NCBI GenBank assembly: GCA_963755295.1 | Contig: CAVWIX010000001.1 | Coordinates: forward strand, 6,411-70,410 | Direction of reading: 5' to 3' | DNA length: 64,000 nucleotides | DNA from: Vulcanimicrobiota bacterium | GTDB lineage: Bacteria; Vulcanimicrobiota; Vulcanimicrobiia; Vulcanimicrobiales; Vulcanimicrobiaceae | Part shown: positions 28,027 through 43,070 of the stretch, in pieces | Layout: the number at the start of each line of letters is the position of its first letter | Position numbering within the stretch: position 1 is the first letter of the stretch | Notes under the pieces: model-generated | The model's database searches: none | What the model was told of the DNA's origin: nothing | What the model saw: the letters and a program-made list of their open reading frames with translations, nothing else | Made by a program: the position numbers and the translations under genes

Positions 28027-28572
28027 TTAAGAGCGCTCGTTGCGAGCCCGCGCTAGGCGCCGGTCGCAGGCCTCGCAGAAGTTCGGCATCTTGTTGTCGG
28101 TTTCGAAGACCGAGTTCGAGTAATACATCGCACAGCGCGCGTTGTAGCAGTGGCGCAGCCGGAAGGCGTGGCCGAGCGCGTGTATGGCCTCCTTGAGCGT
28201 CCGCTGGAAGAGCAGATTTCCGTCGGCGGGCTCGCCGTAGAACTCCGAGCGCAAGCGGTGTACCGAGACGGCGGCCACGCCCTGCGCCTCGTCGGCATCG
28301 CCGAAGACGAAGCGGTGCGACGTCTTGTACAGATCGAAGTCCGTGATGGCCAGCAGGGCGGCTTCGCCATCGGGATGGGCCCGCCGCACCTTGGTCGTTA
28401 AGGTCGAGAAAAAGAGCTGGCCTCGCGTCGCGTTGAGCGAGCTGCGGGGAACGACGAGGGATCGTTCGACGTGCGCCGAGGTGATGAAACGCTCTTCGAG
28501 ACAGGGGGCAAGACGATTCAAGAACGCGGCATCAACGGTGTTGATCGGCACGATCCGAATCTGCGCGTCCAT
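28027..28572 (-). CDS. Archaemetzincin-like (peptidase M54-like) zinc protein with a substituted active-site motif
   Basis: IHALGHAFRLRHCYNARCAMYYSNSVFETDNKMPNFCEAC matches the archaemetzincin HExxHxxGxxHCxxxxCxM...CxxC signature, except E->A and G->R. Confidence 0.65.
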   Translation of the reverse strand: MDAQIRIVPINTVDAAFLNRLAPCLEERFITSAHVERSLVVPRSSLNATRGQLFFSTLTTKVRRAHPDGEAALLAITDFDLYKTSHRFVFGDADEAQGVAAVSVHRLRSEFYGEPADGNLLFQRTLKEAIHALGHAFRLRHCYNARCAMYYSNSVFETDNKMPNFCEACDRRLARARNERS

Positions 28573-28669
28573 CTCGTCGCCGGTGGTTCGCCTTGGCTCG
28601 ACCCAAAACTTGCCGGGCCGCCGAGATTTTGGAGAGAGTACAAGCAGCCCGTGCGTCGAAGTCGTTGCG

Positions 28670-29032
28670 GTGATCGTTGGCGTGGGTATCGATCTCGCGG
28701 ATGTCGCGCGCTACCGTTTCGACGAACGCAAGCTCGCATGGTTCGCTCGTAAGGTTTACACCGAACACGAGATAGAGTACGCGATGCGCAAGCGCAACTG
28801 GCCCGAACGGCTGGCCGGATTCTTCGCGGCAAAGGAAGCGACGCGCAAAGCCTTCGGGCACGCAATCCCATGGCGCAGCGTCGGGGTCGCCCACGAGCGC
28901 TATGGCAAACCGATCATCGAGCTGCGCGACGTCGCCAAACCGCTGATGCGAGCTCGAGGTCTGCGTGCCATTCATTTGACCATCACCCACACTTCGTCGG
29001 TCGCCGCCGCAGTCGTTATCCTCGAATCGTGA
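28670..29032 (+). CDS. acpS: Holo-[acyl-carrier-protein] synthase
   Basis: The GTG at 28670 gives MIVGVGIDLADVARY...FAAKEATRKAF...HTSSVAAAVVILE, typical AcpS length and motifs. The upstream part of the tracked ORF is antisense to 28027-28572. Confidence 0.85.
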   Translation: MIVGVGIDLADVARYRFDERKLAWFARKVYTEHEIEYAMRKRNWPERLAGFFAAKEATRKAFGHAIPWRSVGVAHERYGKPIIELRDVAKPLMRARGLRAIHLTITHTSSVAAAVVILES

Positions 29033-30525
29033 TCCGCGTCCTGACGCCCGATGCGATGCGCGCAGCCGATGCGGCCGCCATCGCCGATTTTGGGGAAGAC
29101 GCTTTGATGGCTAATGCCGGCGCGCGCATTGCCGAGCACCTTCGCGAGATCGCGGAGCCGGGCGCGCGTATCGTGGCCTTTGCCGGTCCGGGCAACAACG
29201 GCGGCGATGCCTTCGCGGCGCTAGCCCTCCTGGCAGCGGAGCACGACTGCACGATCGCTGCCGATCCCGACGGCCGCCGTTCCGAGGCGCGTACCGCCGC
29301 CGAGCGGCGCGCCAACGAAGCCGGTGTGCGGGTCGTCCCGCTGCCCCGCGACGAGCAGCAGGCGCGCGCCGTTCTGAGGGACGCCGTAGGCGTCGACGGT
29401 CTGTTCGGCACCGGCGCGCGCCTGCCGTTACCAGAAGCCTACCGGCCGCTTTCGCGCGCACTCGACCGAAGCTACGTTCCGGTGCTCGCAATCGACATCC
29501 CCAGCGGAATCGATGCGCTGACCGGAGCGGTCGGTGAGGATGCGGTGCGCGCAAGTACGACGGTAACGCTGGCGGCGGTGAAACCCGGGTTGCTGCTGGA
29601 ACCGGCAAGGCAAAACGTCGGCGAGCTCTGGTGCGAGGATATCGGCATCGGCGACGCTATCCTCGACGCCCAGGCGCAACCGTTCGCCGCACTCGACGAC
29701 GAGGCGTTCGTGCGGTTGCTGCCGCAGCGCCCGCCCGACACCGAGAAGCGAACCGCGGGCGCTCCGCTGATTGTGGCGGGGTCCGCGCAGTTCCCCGGAG
29801 CGGCGGTGCTCTGCGCGCGGGGTGCGGCCCGAGCAGGAGCCGGCTACGTCACCGTTGCGACCACGGGTGCGGCCGCAAATCTGCTGCGCGCGCATCTGGT
29901 CGAGCAGGTGGTCGTCGCGCTCGACGACGACGCCGCCCCCGATGCGATCGTCGAGGAGTTGCTCGAGATATCCCAACGCAATGGCTCCGTAGCCCTCGGC
30001 CCGGGCTTAGGCTTGGACGAGCGCACCGGGCGAATCGTCGTCGGCTTTCTAACGCGCAACGAGCTGCCGGTAGTCGTCGATGCCAGCGCTCTCTTTCACC
30101 TCAGCAAACATTTGGAGTTGTTGCGCGGCAAGCCGGCCGTCGTAACGCCCCACGCCGGCGAATTCGCACGGCTCTCCGGCCGAGGCACGATAGCTTCGGG
30201 CACGCGGGTAGCGCGCATCCGCGAGTTCGTCGACCGCACCGGGGTCACGACGCTGCTCAAAGGTTCCGACACACTGATCTGCGACGGAAAAACGGTGCAC
30301 ATCAACCCGACCGGGAGTAACGCACTCGCGACCGCGGGCACCGGCGACGTGCTCACCGGAGTCATCGCGACGCTGCTCTCGCAAGGGCTTTCACCGGTCG
30401 ATGCGGCGCGGGCCGGCGCCTATTGGCACGGCCTTGCCGGGCAGACTGCGGCCGCGGTCCGGCGCGTCGGCGTTGTAGCCGGCGACGTGGCCGAGTCGCT
30501 CGGCGAGGCGCTTCCCGATGCTTGA
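29029..30525 (+). CDS. nnr: Bifunctional NAD(P)H-hydrate repair enzyme (epimerase / ADP-dependent dehydratase)
   Basis: The YjeF N-domain has AGPGNNGGDAF. The C-domain has VVTPHAGEFARL and GTGDVLTGVIATLLSQG. The GTG at 29029 overlaps the acpS stop. Confidence 0.85.
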   Translation: MIRVLTPDAMRAADAAAIADFGEDALMANAGARIAEHLREIAEPGARIVAFAGPGNNGGDAFAALALLAAEHDCTIAADPDGRRSEARTAAERRANEAGVRVVPLPRDEQQARAVLRDAVGVDGLFGTGARLPLPEAYRPLSRALDRSYVPVLAIDIPSGIDALTGAVGEDAVRASTTVTLAAVKPGLLLEPARQNVGELWCEDIGIGDAILDAQAQPFAALDDEAFVRLLPQRPPDTEKRTAGAPLIVAGSAQFPGAAVLCARGAARAGAGYVTVATTGAAANLLRAHLVEQVVVALDDDAAPDAIVEELLEISQRNGSVALGPGLGLDERTGRIVVGFLTRNELPVVVDASALFHLSKHLELLRGKPAVVTPHAGEFARLSGRGTIASGTRVARIREFVDRTGVTTLLKGSDTLICDGKTVHINPTGSNALATAGTGDVLTGVIATLLSQGLSPVDAARAGAYWHGLAGQTAAAVRRVGVVAGDVAESLGEALPDA

Positions 30526-30550
30526 TTCCCGACGCGGTCGATCCGGCGTT

Positions 30551-31348
30551 TCACGCCGGTTCTCTTCGCCCGGCGGCGATAAGCGGCACGACGAAATCGC
30601 GCACGCGTTGCGCCGCTTCGTCGCCTTTCGATCCGGCATAGGCGTCGATGAGCGCACTGCCCACCACGACGCCGTCGGCCAGCGCGGCGATCGGCGCGAC
30701 GTCGGCGGCGCGGCCGATTCCAAAGCCGACCGCTAGCGGCTTGGCCGTAATCTCACGCAACATCGCGAGCTGACGCCGCAGCGGCGAAAGATCGGGCGCG
30801 GTCCCGGCGCCCGTCACGCCCAAACGCGACACAACATAGATAAAGCCGCTCGTCGCTTCGGCGATGCGGGCCGCGCGTTCGCGCGGCGTCGACGGCGCGA
30901 CGAGCAGCGGCATCGCCAAACCCCGCGCGAGCAGCGCCGCGCGCAGCCGTTCGGCCTCTTCGAGCGCGACGTCGGGAACGATCGCCCCCGCGGCGCCCGC
31001 TTCGGCCGCCGCTTTTGCGAAACGTTCCACACCGAAGCGATCGACCGGATTGTAATACGTGAAGAGCACGATCGGCGGCAGATTCGCAGCCGTCCGCGCG
31101 ATCAGATCCACAACGGCGGCCAATCGCGTACCGGCAGCCAGGCTGCGCTGTCCGGCTGCAGCTACCGTCGGACCGTCGGCCAACGGATCGCCATAAGGGA
31201 TGCCGAGCTCGATCGCGTCCGCGCCGGCTTGGCCCAGTGCGACGAGGATTGCCTGCGTCGTCGCAAGATCGGGATCGCCCGCCATCACGTACGGAATGAA
31301 CGCGACGCGCCCGGCCGCCTTAGCGCGATCGAAGACCGCTTCTAGCAC
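30551..31348 (-). CDS. trpA: Tryptophan synthase alpha chain
   Basis: [12 protein letters not shown]..., [16 protein letters not shown], and GFGI near the C-terminus. Confidence 0.92.
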   Translation of the reverse strand: MLEAVFDRAKAAGRVAFIPYVMAGDPDLATTQAILVALGQAGADAIELGIPYGDPLADGPTVAAAGQRSLAAGTRLAAVVDLIARTAANLPPIVLFTYYNPVDRFGVERFAKAAAEAGAAGAIVPDVALEEAERLRAALLARGLAMPLLVAPSTPRERAARIAEATSGFIYVVSRLGVTGAGTAPDLSPLRRQLAMLREITAKPLAVGFGIGRAADVAPIAALADGVVVGSALIDAYAGSKGDEAAQRVRDFVVPLIAAGRREPA

Positions 31349-32505
31349 GACGCCAAATCTTTATCCCCGCGTCCACTCAGGTTAACGAGAATCAGATCGC
31401 CGGCGCCGCGTTCGCGTGCCAAAATGCGCGCAAACGCAATGGCGTGCGAACTCTCCAGTGCCGGAACGATGCCCTCGCGCCGCGCGAACTCGCCAAAGGC
31501 CTCGCGCGCTTGCGCGTCGGTCACGGCGACGTAGTTCGCGCGCGCGGCATCCTTGAGAAACGCGTGCTCCGGACCAACGCCCGGATAGTCCAGGCCGGCG
31601 GCAATGGAATGCGTCTCGCGTACTTGCCCGTCGTCGTCTTGCAACAGATAGGAACGGGAACCGTGCAGCACGCCGACGCTGCCCGCACCGATCGAGGCGG
31701 CGTGACGCTCGCCCTCGAGCCCTTCGCCGCCGGCCTCGACGCCCCACAGTTTGACCTCCGAGTCGCCGAGAAAAGCGGTGAAGATGCCTAACGCGTTGCT
31801 GCCGCCGCCGACGCAGGCAACGACGTCGCTGGGCAAACGCCCGTATCGCTCGAGCACTTGGCTCCGCGCCTCGAATCCTATGATCTTCTGAAACTCGCGG
31901 ACCATGTACGGATAGGGATGTGCGCCGACCACGCTTCCGATGACGTAGAACGTATCTTCGACCCGCTCGGCCCAGACGCGAAAGGCTTCGTTGGTCGCGT
32001 CTTTGAGCGTCTGGGTTCCGCTCGTCACGGAATGCACGGTGGCACCGAGCAGCTCCATCACCTTGACGTTGAGCGCTTGGCGCTCCACATCGCGCGCGCC
32101 CATGTAGACGTCGACGGGCAGCCCGAACTTCGCGCCTACCGTCGCCGTCGCGACGCCGTGCTGTCCGGCGCCCGTCTCGGCGAGCAGCCGCCGCTTGCCC
32201 ATGCGAATGGCCAGCAGCGCCTGCCCGACCGTATTGTTGATTTTGTGGGCGCCGGTGTGATTGGTATCCTCGCGCTTCATCACCAGCGGCACCGCCGAGA
32301 TGCCGGCAACGTAACGCTCGCACCGGTAGATCGGCGACGGGCGTCCCACGAAGTCCCGCAGCACGGCTTCGTACTCTTTCCAAAAGACCGGATCGTCGAA
32401 GGCTTCGCGCATCGACCGCTCGAGCTCGTCGAGCGCGGCGATCAGAACTTCGGGTACGAATCGCCCGCCGAACGCGCCGAAATACCCGCGTTCGTCGGGC
32501 TTCAT
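31342..32505 (-). CDS. trpB: Tryptophan synthase beta chain
   Basis: The ATG at 32505 gives [19 protein letters not shown]..., [16 protein letters not shown] and GGGSNA. The 165-codon Arg-rich extension of the tracked ORF overlaps trpF and is rejected. Confidence 0.93.
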   Translation of the reverse strand: MKPDERGYFGAFGGRFVPEVLIAALDELERSMREAFDDPVFWKEYEAVLRDFVGRPSPIYRCERYVAGISAVPLVMKREDTNHTGAHKINNTVGQALLAIRMGKRRLLAETGAGQHGVATATVGAKFGLPVDVYMGARDVERQALNVKVMELLGATVHSVTSGTQTLKDATNEAFRVWAERVEDTFYVIGSVVGAHPYPYMVREFQKIIGFEARSQVLERYGRLPSDVVACVGGGSNALGIFTAFLGDSEVKLWGVEAGGEGLEGERHAASIGAGSVGVLHGSRSYLLQDDDGQVRETHSIAAGLDYPGVGPEHAFLKDAARANYVAVTDAQAREAFGEFARREGIVPALESSHAIAFARILARERGAGDLILVNLSGRGDKDLASC

Positions 32506-33119
32506 GCGGCGCGCACCGCGCGCACGAACGCCTGCATCTTCTCCGCATCCTTGTGCCCGCCGCTCTCGACGCCGCCGCGCACGTCGACGCCGTACGGCCG
32601 CAGTTCTCGCACGCAGCCGGCAACGTTGTCGGGAGTGAGACCGCCTGCCACGATCACCGGCCGCTGTGCGGCGAGGTCTGCAACTCGCGGCCAATCGAAG
32701 ACCTTGCCCGTGCCTCCGGCCCGCTCGCGGTCGTGCGTGTCGAAGAGCAGCAGCGCGCGCGGAAAGCGCGACGCGCGTTCCTCGAGCGATTCGTCGGAAT
32801 CGCCAACGTGAATCGCCTTGACGGCACGCTCGCCGAAAAGCGCAACAAACTCGGGCGGCTCGTTTCCGGAGAACTGCAGCCAGGCATTGGGGAAGATGGT
32901 TCGGACGCGTTCGACGTCGTCGCGTTCGGGGTCGACGAAGACGGCGACCGGCGCGATCGCGTCGAGCCGGTGCCCGGCGATGTCGACCGCGTGCTCCCAC
33001 GCGATACGCCGCGGCGAGGGAGCGAAGATCATGCCGAACGCATCGGCCCCGGCGTCGATCGCCAGCGCCACGTCGTTCCAGACCGTACAGCCGCAGAATT
33101 TGACGAGCGTGTCAGCCAC
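32502..33119 (-). CDS. trpF: Phosphoribosylanthranilate isomerase
   Basis: The GTG at 33119 gives VKFCGCT......[10 protein letters not shown]...SPR and GGTGKVFDW....AGGL.P.NV. ~205 aa, no fused TrpC domain. Confidence 0.85.
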   Translation of the reverse strand: MADTLVKFCGCTVWNDVALAIDAGADAFGMIFAPSPRRIAWEHAVDIAGHRLDAIAPVAVFVDPERDDVERVRTIFPNAWLQFSGNEPPEFVALFGERAVKAIHVGDSDESLEERASRFPRALLLFDTHDRERAGGTGKVFDWPRVADLAAQRPVIVAGGLTPDNVAGCVRELRPYGVDVRGGVESGGHKDAEKMQAFVRAVRAA

Positions 33120-34128
33120 CGCGCGCGATCTCGCGGGCCTTGACGAACGTGCGCCATGGTTCGCCGCTATCGAGCAGCATGCCGGCGCGTTCGAAGGCCG
33201 CCGGCAGGTTCGGCTCGGCGCCGGCGACATATAAAACGACGGCCGCATTGAGCGCGACGACGTCCGATGCGGCGCCGTGCTTGCCGCCGAGAATGTCGAC
33301 GAAAGCGGTGCAGCAGGCTTCCACCGATCCGCCGGTCGGCGTCTCGCGGCGCTCGCCGATACCGAAATCTTCGGGCTCCAAGCGCTCGAGCCGCGCTCCC
33401 TTTTCGTTGAAGAAATAGATCAGCGTCGGGGCGTTGCCGACGACCTCGTCGACGCCGCCGCCCCCGTGCACGACGGCACCGCTGCGCGCACCCAAGCCGC
33501 GCAGCGCGTTGCCGACCGGTTCGACGAGTTCCTCGCGCGCGACGCCGACCACTTGGTGCGTCGCAGCTGCCGGATTGGTCAGCGGGCCGAGCAGATTGAA
33601 GATCGTGCGCACGCCCAGCTCGCGTCGCACCGGTGCGGCGCTACGCATCGCGGGATGGTACCGTGGCGCAAACATAAACGTAAAGTTGCAACGCTGCAGC
33701 ATCGACGCGGCCGTCTCCGGCGGAACGTCGAGCGGAAAGCCGGCGGCCTCTAGGACGTCGGCGCTGCCGCACGCGCTCGACGCGGCGCGGTTGCCGTGTT
33801 TCGCGACCGGGATTCCCGCCGATGCAACGACCAGCGCCGCCAGCGTCGAGATATTGATCGTATCGGCGTGATCGCCCCCGGTGCCGACGACGTCGACGAC
33901 CATCGGCAACCCGTGCTCGACGTGCAGGCTGCGCTCGCGCATGGCGCGCGCCGCGCCCACGATCTCGTCGACGCTCTCGCCCTTAGCGGCCAGCGCCGCC
34001 AGCAGCGCCCCGGCTTGCGCCGGCGTGTAGCTGCCGTCCATGACTTCGCCTACGAAGGCCGCGGCTTCGTCTTGACTGAGATCTTCGCCGCCGATGGCAC
34101 GGCGCAGGAGCGATGAGAATTCCGTCAT
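33112..34128 (-). CDS. trpD: Anthranilate phosphoribosyltransferase
   Basis: DVVGTGGD..DTINISTLAA, KHGNRAASS.CGSADVLEA and FAP.YHPAM. Confidence 0.93.
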   Translation of the reverse strand: MTEFSSLLRRAIGGEDLSQDEAAAFVGEVMDGSYTPAQAGALLAALAAKGESVDEIVGAARAMRERSLHVEHGLPMVVDVVGTGGDHADTINISTLAALVVASAGIPVAKHGNRAASSACGSADVLEAAGFPLDVPPETAASMLQRCNFTFMFAPRYHPAMRSAAPVRRELGVRTIFNLLGPLTNPAAATHQVVGVAREELVEPVGNALRGLGARSGAVVHGGGGVDEVVGNAPTLIYFFNEKGARLERLEPEDFGIGERRETPTGGSVEACCTAFVDILGGKHGAASDVVALNAAVVLYVAGAEPNLPAAFERAGMLLDSGEPWRTFVKAREIARGG

Positions 34129-34140
34129 CTTTCGACAAGC

Positions 34141-34728
34141 TCAGGACGACGCGGCGATAGAGAGGAAGTTGCTGGCGAGTTGTTCGCCGTGTTCGCTCAG
34201 CACCGACTCGGGATGAAACTGCACCCCGTACACGGGGGCGCTGCGGTGAGCGACGCCTTGAACGACGCCGTCCTCGCTGCGCGCCGTCACGATCAGCGTC
34301 TCGGGAATCGTCGCCGCATCCAAGCAGAGCGAATGGTAGCGCGTGGCCGTGAGAGGCGAGGGCAAGCCGGCGAAAATGCCGCTGCCGTCGTGCTCGATGT
34401 GCGAAACCTTGCCGTGCATTTGGCGCGGCGCATGCGTGACGGTTGCACCGAGCACCTCACCGATCGCCTGCAGCCCGAGGCAGACGCCGAGAACCGGCAT
34501 CTTACGATCGATGGCGGCGCGCAGCAGCGTCAGCATCGCCGGAGCGTGCTCCGGCCGCCCGGGACCCGGGCCGACTACCAGCGCCTCGTAGTCGTCGAGC
34601 AGCTCGGGCCGCAAAAGCGGATCGTCGTTCGGTATGACGTCGGGAGACGCGCCCGCCGCGGCGAGCAGGTGGACGACGTTGTAGCTGAAGCTGTCGACGT
34701 TATCGACGAAAAGAACTCGTGAAATCAC
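34141..34728 (-). CDS. trpG: Anthranilate synthase component II (glutamine amidotransferase)
   Basis: The GTG at 34728 overlaps the trpE stop. VLFVDNVDSF.YN, GVCLGLQAI and GVQFHPES. Confidence 0.9.
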   Translation of the reverse strand: MISRVLFVDNVDSFSYNVVHLLAAAGASPDVIPNDDPLLRPELLDDYEALVVGPGPGRPEHAPAMLTLLRAAIDRKMPVLGVCLGLQAIGEVLGATVTHAPRQMHGKVSHIEHDGSGIFAGLPSPLTATRYHSLCLDAATIPETLIVTARSEDGVVQGVAHRSAPVYGVQFHPESVLSEHGEQLASNFLSIAASS

Positions 34729-36053
34729 GCGATGCCGAGCACCTCGCGAGCGATGCGCGTTTTGTGCAGCACTTCTTCGTACTCTGCGACGGGATCGGAA
34801 TCGGCGACGATTCCCGCCGAGGCTTGCCACCAGGCCTTACCGTCCGCAACGTGGATGCTGCGCAGCGTGATGCACGAGTCGAAGTCGCCGCCGAAGGACC
34901 AACGGCCGATGCTCCCGGCGTAAAAGCCGCGCGAGACGGGTTCGAGTTCGTCGATGAGCTGCATCGCGCGAACCTTCGGCGTCCCCGTGACGGTGCCCGC
35001 CGGAAACCCGGCTTTAAAGAGATCCAACGCGTCGCAGTCCGTGCGCAGACGCCCGAGCACGTTGGACACGATGTGCATCACGTGGCTGTAGCGTTCGATC
35101 TGCAGCAGCTCGTCGACGCGCACGCTGCCGAACTCGCAGACCGAACCGAGATCGTTGCGCCCGAGATCGACGAGCATCACGTGCTCGGCGCGCTCCTTTT
35201 CGTTGGCGAGCAGCTCGAGTGCGATGCGCGCGTCTTCCTCGTCGTCGACGCCGCGCCAGCGAGTTCCGGCCAGCGGACGAATCCGAGCCCTGCGTCCTTC
35301 CAAGCGTACCAAGAACTCGGGCGAGGCGCCGAGCAGCTGGCCGAAGGCGGTATCTACGAAAAACATATACGGCGACGGATTGTGACGACGCAACGCGCGA
35401 TAGCAATCCAGGCCGCTGCCCTCGAGCTCCGCACCAAAACGAATGCCGAGCTGCAGCTGATAGACGTCGCCTTCAAAGATGCGCCGCTTCACTTCCTCCG
35501 CAAGAGCGAGATAACGCTGACGATCGAGGGACGGTGCGATTTTCGCGCCGGCGCGCAATGGCTGCGGCAGCGCGGGCCTGGCGGCGAGCAGGCGTTCGAG
35601 GTAGTAGTCGATGCGGCGCTCCCGCGCGCCGGCGTCGCCGCCGCAGGTCCAAATCGTCAGCATATCGCTGAAGTGATCGAAGATGAGCCAGGTTGACGGG
35701 ATGGCGACGTACGCGCCGGGCATCGCCGGCGTTGAGGCCGGCCGCGCCGGAAGACGCGCCGACGGACGCGCGGCATCGTACGAAAAGGCCAGCAGCGCGC
35801 CTCCGCGAGCCGCGTTGTCACCCTCGACGCGATTGGCGGCGATAAACTCGCGCACCCGGTCGTAAAGGCGATCGTCCGCTTCGAAATTCTCAGCGGCGAG
35901 GTAATCGAGACCGATGAACGAGTAACGCGAAATGCGCCCGCCGCTCTCGACGCTCTCCAGCAGACAGGATGCCTGCGGCGCAGAGAGCGCGCGATAAGCC
36001 CCGATGGGCGTCAAAACGTCGGCGGGAATAATCCGCTGGGACGCGTCTTTCAC
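34725..36053 (-). CDS. trpE: Anthranilate synthase component I
   Basis: LLESVE.GGR.SRYSFIG, SPE.LVR, GTPK..AM..I.ELE...RG.YAGS.G. Confidence 0.92.
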   Translation of the reverse strand: MKDASQRIIPADVLTPIGAYRALSAPQASCLLESVESGGRISRYSFIGLDYLAAENFEADDRLYDRVREFIAANRVEGDNAARGGALLAFSYDAARPSARLPARPASTPAMPGAYVAIPSTWLIFDHFSDMLTIWTCGGDAGARERRIDYYLERLLAARPALPQPLRAGAKIAPSLDRQRYLALAEEVKRRIFEGDVYQLQLGIRFGAELEGSGLDCYRALRRHNPSPYMFFVDTAFGQLLGASPEFLVRLEGRRARIRPLAGTRWRGVDDEEDARIALELLANEKERAEHVMLVDLGRNDLGSVCEFGSVRVDELLQIERYSHVMHIVSNVLGRLRTDCDALDLFKAGFPAGTVTGTPKVRAMQLIDELEPVSRGFYAGSIGRWSFGGDFDSCITLRSIHVADGKAWWQASAGIVADSDPVAEYEEVLHKTRIAREVLGIA

Positions 36054-36093
36054 GCGCTCATGCTTCGACCCGGCTCGCGACGAAACCGGCCCT

Positions 36094-38112
<2,019 letters not shown>

Positions 38113-38136
38113 TCAGAAGTAGGACGACCTGCGGCG

Positions 38137-41100
<2,964 letters not shown>

Positions 41101-41105
41101 CTATC

Positions 41106-41825
41106 TTACGATACACTCACTGGGCCCAGAAGTATGCGCCCCACCTCGGCAATCGAGCTGCAGGTCGCGTCGGGGGGAACGGCACCGGGCGGCAGCTCCT
41201 CGGAGCGGACGTTGAGCCAGATGGTGTAGAGCCCGGCATCGAGCGCACCGCGGATGTCGCGGTCGTATCGGTCGCCCACCATCGCGCCGTGCGCCGGGGC
41301 TCCGCCCAGCGTGCGGCAGGCGTGGGCAAAGAGCAGCGGGTCGGGCTTGACCATGCCGACCTCGTCGGCCAGAAATATCGCATCGAAGAAATCGCTGATC
41401 TGAAGCAGCGCGATCTTTTCGCGATGCGTCTCGGCCAGACCGTTGGTGACGATGCCGAGCTTCATGCCGCGCTCGCGCAACGCGCGCAAGAGATCGACGG
41501 CGCCGGGGAAGAGAGTGAAGTATTTTACCCGATAGGCGTTGTAACGGTCGGCGCTGCGTTGCGCCGTCTCGGGATCGCCGACGCCGACGCTTTCGAGCGC
41601 CGTCTGCCACATGCTCGCCCTTATGCCGGCGAGCTTTACGTGCAGGTCGTCGACGGAGAGGCGATGCCAGAAGCCTTCCGCTTCGGCGATGTAGGCCGCC
41701 TTGAGTGCCAGCGCGTCGATGCCGTGCTCGGCGGCCACCTCGCGCGCGACCTCCTCGGCGGCGCTGTGATAGGCAAAGGTGTCGTCGTGCAGCGTATCGT
41801 CCAAATCGAAGAGGACGATGTCGAT
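41106..41825 (-). CDS. HAD-superfamily hydrolase; true start unresolved (no ATG/GTG/TTG upstream of the catalytic DxD)
   Basis: The HAD motif I FDLDDTL spans 41810-41790. The tracked ORF starts at TTG 41804, inside the motif. Further motifs are LGIVTNG and [14 protein letters not shown]. In-frame candidates are ATC 41825/41819 or CTG 41864. Confidence 0.65.
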   Translation of the reverse strand: MDIVLFDLDDTLHDDTFAYHSAAEEVAREVAAEHGIDALALKAAYIAEAEGFWHRLSVDDLHVKLAGIRASMWQTALESVGVGDPETAQRSADRYNAYRVKYFTLFPGAVDLLRALRERGMKLGIVTNGLAETHREKIALLQISDFFDAIFLADEVGMVKPDPLLFAHACRTLGGAPAHGAMVGDRYDRDIRGALDAGLYTIWLNVRSEELPPGAVPPDATCSSIAEVGRILLGPVSVS

Positions 41826-41853
41826 GCGGCGCGCGGAATGGAGCGGGTACGGC

Positions 41854-42240
41854 CTAGGGCGCAGAGGTGAACCGGAAGCCGGTGACCTGGCCCGACGAGT
41901 CTTCGGAAAAGACGTAGTTGAGCCGGGCTCCGTTCTGGAAGGTCACGGTGTAGACGGCGTAGCTGTTGCCGCCTTGCGACATCGCTTGCTGCTGCGTGAA
42001 GGTGACCGGCGGCCCGAGGCCGCCCAACATCGATTCGACTTGCGTCACTTGAGTATCGCTGAGTGCGCCGCTCGTTGACGGCGCCAGCGTGGAGCGGTCG
42101 AGCTTCCCGGCCTGCAGCTGTGCCAGCGTCGCCTTCGCCTTGGAGAGCAACGCGGAATCGGGCGCCGGCGTCGCTGCGGCCGCCAGAATCGGCGACGTCG
42201 CGCACGCCGCCAGGATCAGCGTAAAGAGTAGTTTTTTCAT
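41854..42240 (-). CDS. Small secreted protein of unknown function
   Basis: The ATG at 42240 overlaps the upstream stop (ATGA). Signal peptide MKKLLFTLILAACATSPILAAAA. High third-position GC. Confidence 0.6.
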   Translation of the reverse strand: MKKLLFTLILAACATSPILAAAATPAPDSALLSKAKATLAQLQAGKLDRSTLAPSTSGALSDTQVTQVESMLGGLGPPVTFTQQQAMSQGGNSYAVYTVTFQNGARLNYVFSEDSSGQVTGFRFTSAP

Positions 42241-43034
42241 CGAATGTACTGCAAACGCTCCTGTATGAAGTGCCAACCGTCATTGGAGATCATCACCGAG
42301 CCGGAAAACGGTGTGGAAAACTCGGCGATCACAACGAAGAGTATTCCAATTAGCCCGACCAAAATGGCCGTCATCATCAACTGCGCGGGGCGGTTTTCGA
42401 CGCCGAAGATATAGCAGAACGCGACCATGGCGAGCGCGCCCATAATCAGAGCGAACCACAGGACCGCCGGAACCGCCGAATCGGAGTGAATCAAGCGCTT
42501 CCGCCGCGCATCGTAGAGGCGCTCCATGTTGGCGATGCTTGCCTGTTGAGCCGAAGACTCCCTGAAATTGGAAGGCGAAAAGGTATCGACGCGATAGCCC
42601 GCGTCCTCCAGTACGCGATCCGCGTCCTCGGGTACCTCTCGACCGCGCGCCATCGCCGGCCACTCGACGAGAACGACGGTCTTTGAGTACTGCATGAGGT
42701 CTTTGCGAATGTCCGAGCGCGCCGGTTGGGAGTACCCGTCCACGGAGTGGTAGAGGTTGCCGACAGCGTTAATCTCGTTCTGGACGTTCTGAACCGTTTC
42801 GTCGTACTTCTGCCAGACGACCACCACGACGAACCCCAGTACCACGGCGTAGAGCACCCCGACGGCCGAGAAGAGATAGCCGGCCACGTCGTTGTGCCGG
42901 CGCAGCACCTCGCTGCGAAGGCGACGCTGCAACAGCGCGTGCAGTCCCACGAAACAGCACACCGCCACCGCGATGACAAGCAGCTCCGCGACGACTCCCG
43001 GTATGCTGGTGATCGTATGAGTTAAGACGCCCAC
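42237..43034 (-). CDS. DUF4239-like membrane protein (paralog of 18859-19632)
   Basis: GTG start. Same architecture and conserved blocks as 18859-19632. Confidence 0.65.
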   Translation of the reverse strand: MGVLTHTITSIPGVVAELLVIAVAVCCFVGLHALLQRRLRSEVLRRHNDVAGYLFSAVGVLYAVVLGFVVVVVWQKYDETVQNVQNEINAVGNLYHSVDGYSQPARSDIRKDLMQYSKTVVLVEWPAMARGREVPEDADRVLEDAGYRVDTFSPSNFRESSAQQASIANMERLYDARRKRLIHSDSAVPAVLWFALIMGALAMVAFCYIFGVENRPAQLMMTAILVGLIGILFVVIAEFSTPFSGSVMISNDGWHFIQERLQYIR

Positions 43035-43070
43035 GCCGTTGTCTTGGCCGGGGCGCCGTGTCGTCCTCCG

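Noticed and set aside
32506-33000. Long N-terminal extensions of tracked ORFs (trpB 552 aa; also glmU 48718-50625 and gltX 50058-51641)
   Set aside because: The extensions are Arg-rich and overlap the upstream genes in other frames. The conserved protein N-termini begin at internal starts (32505, 50061, 51509) that show the usual stop/start overlaps.
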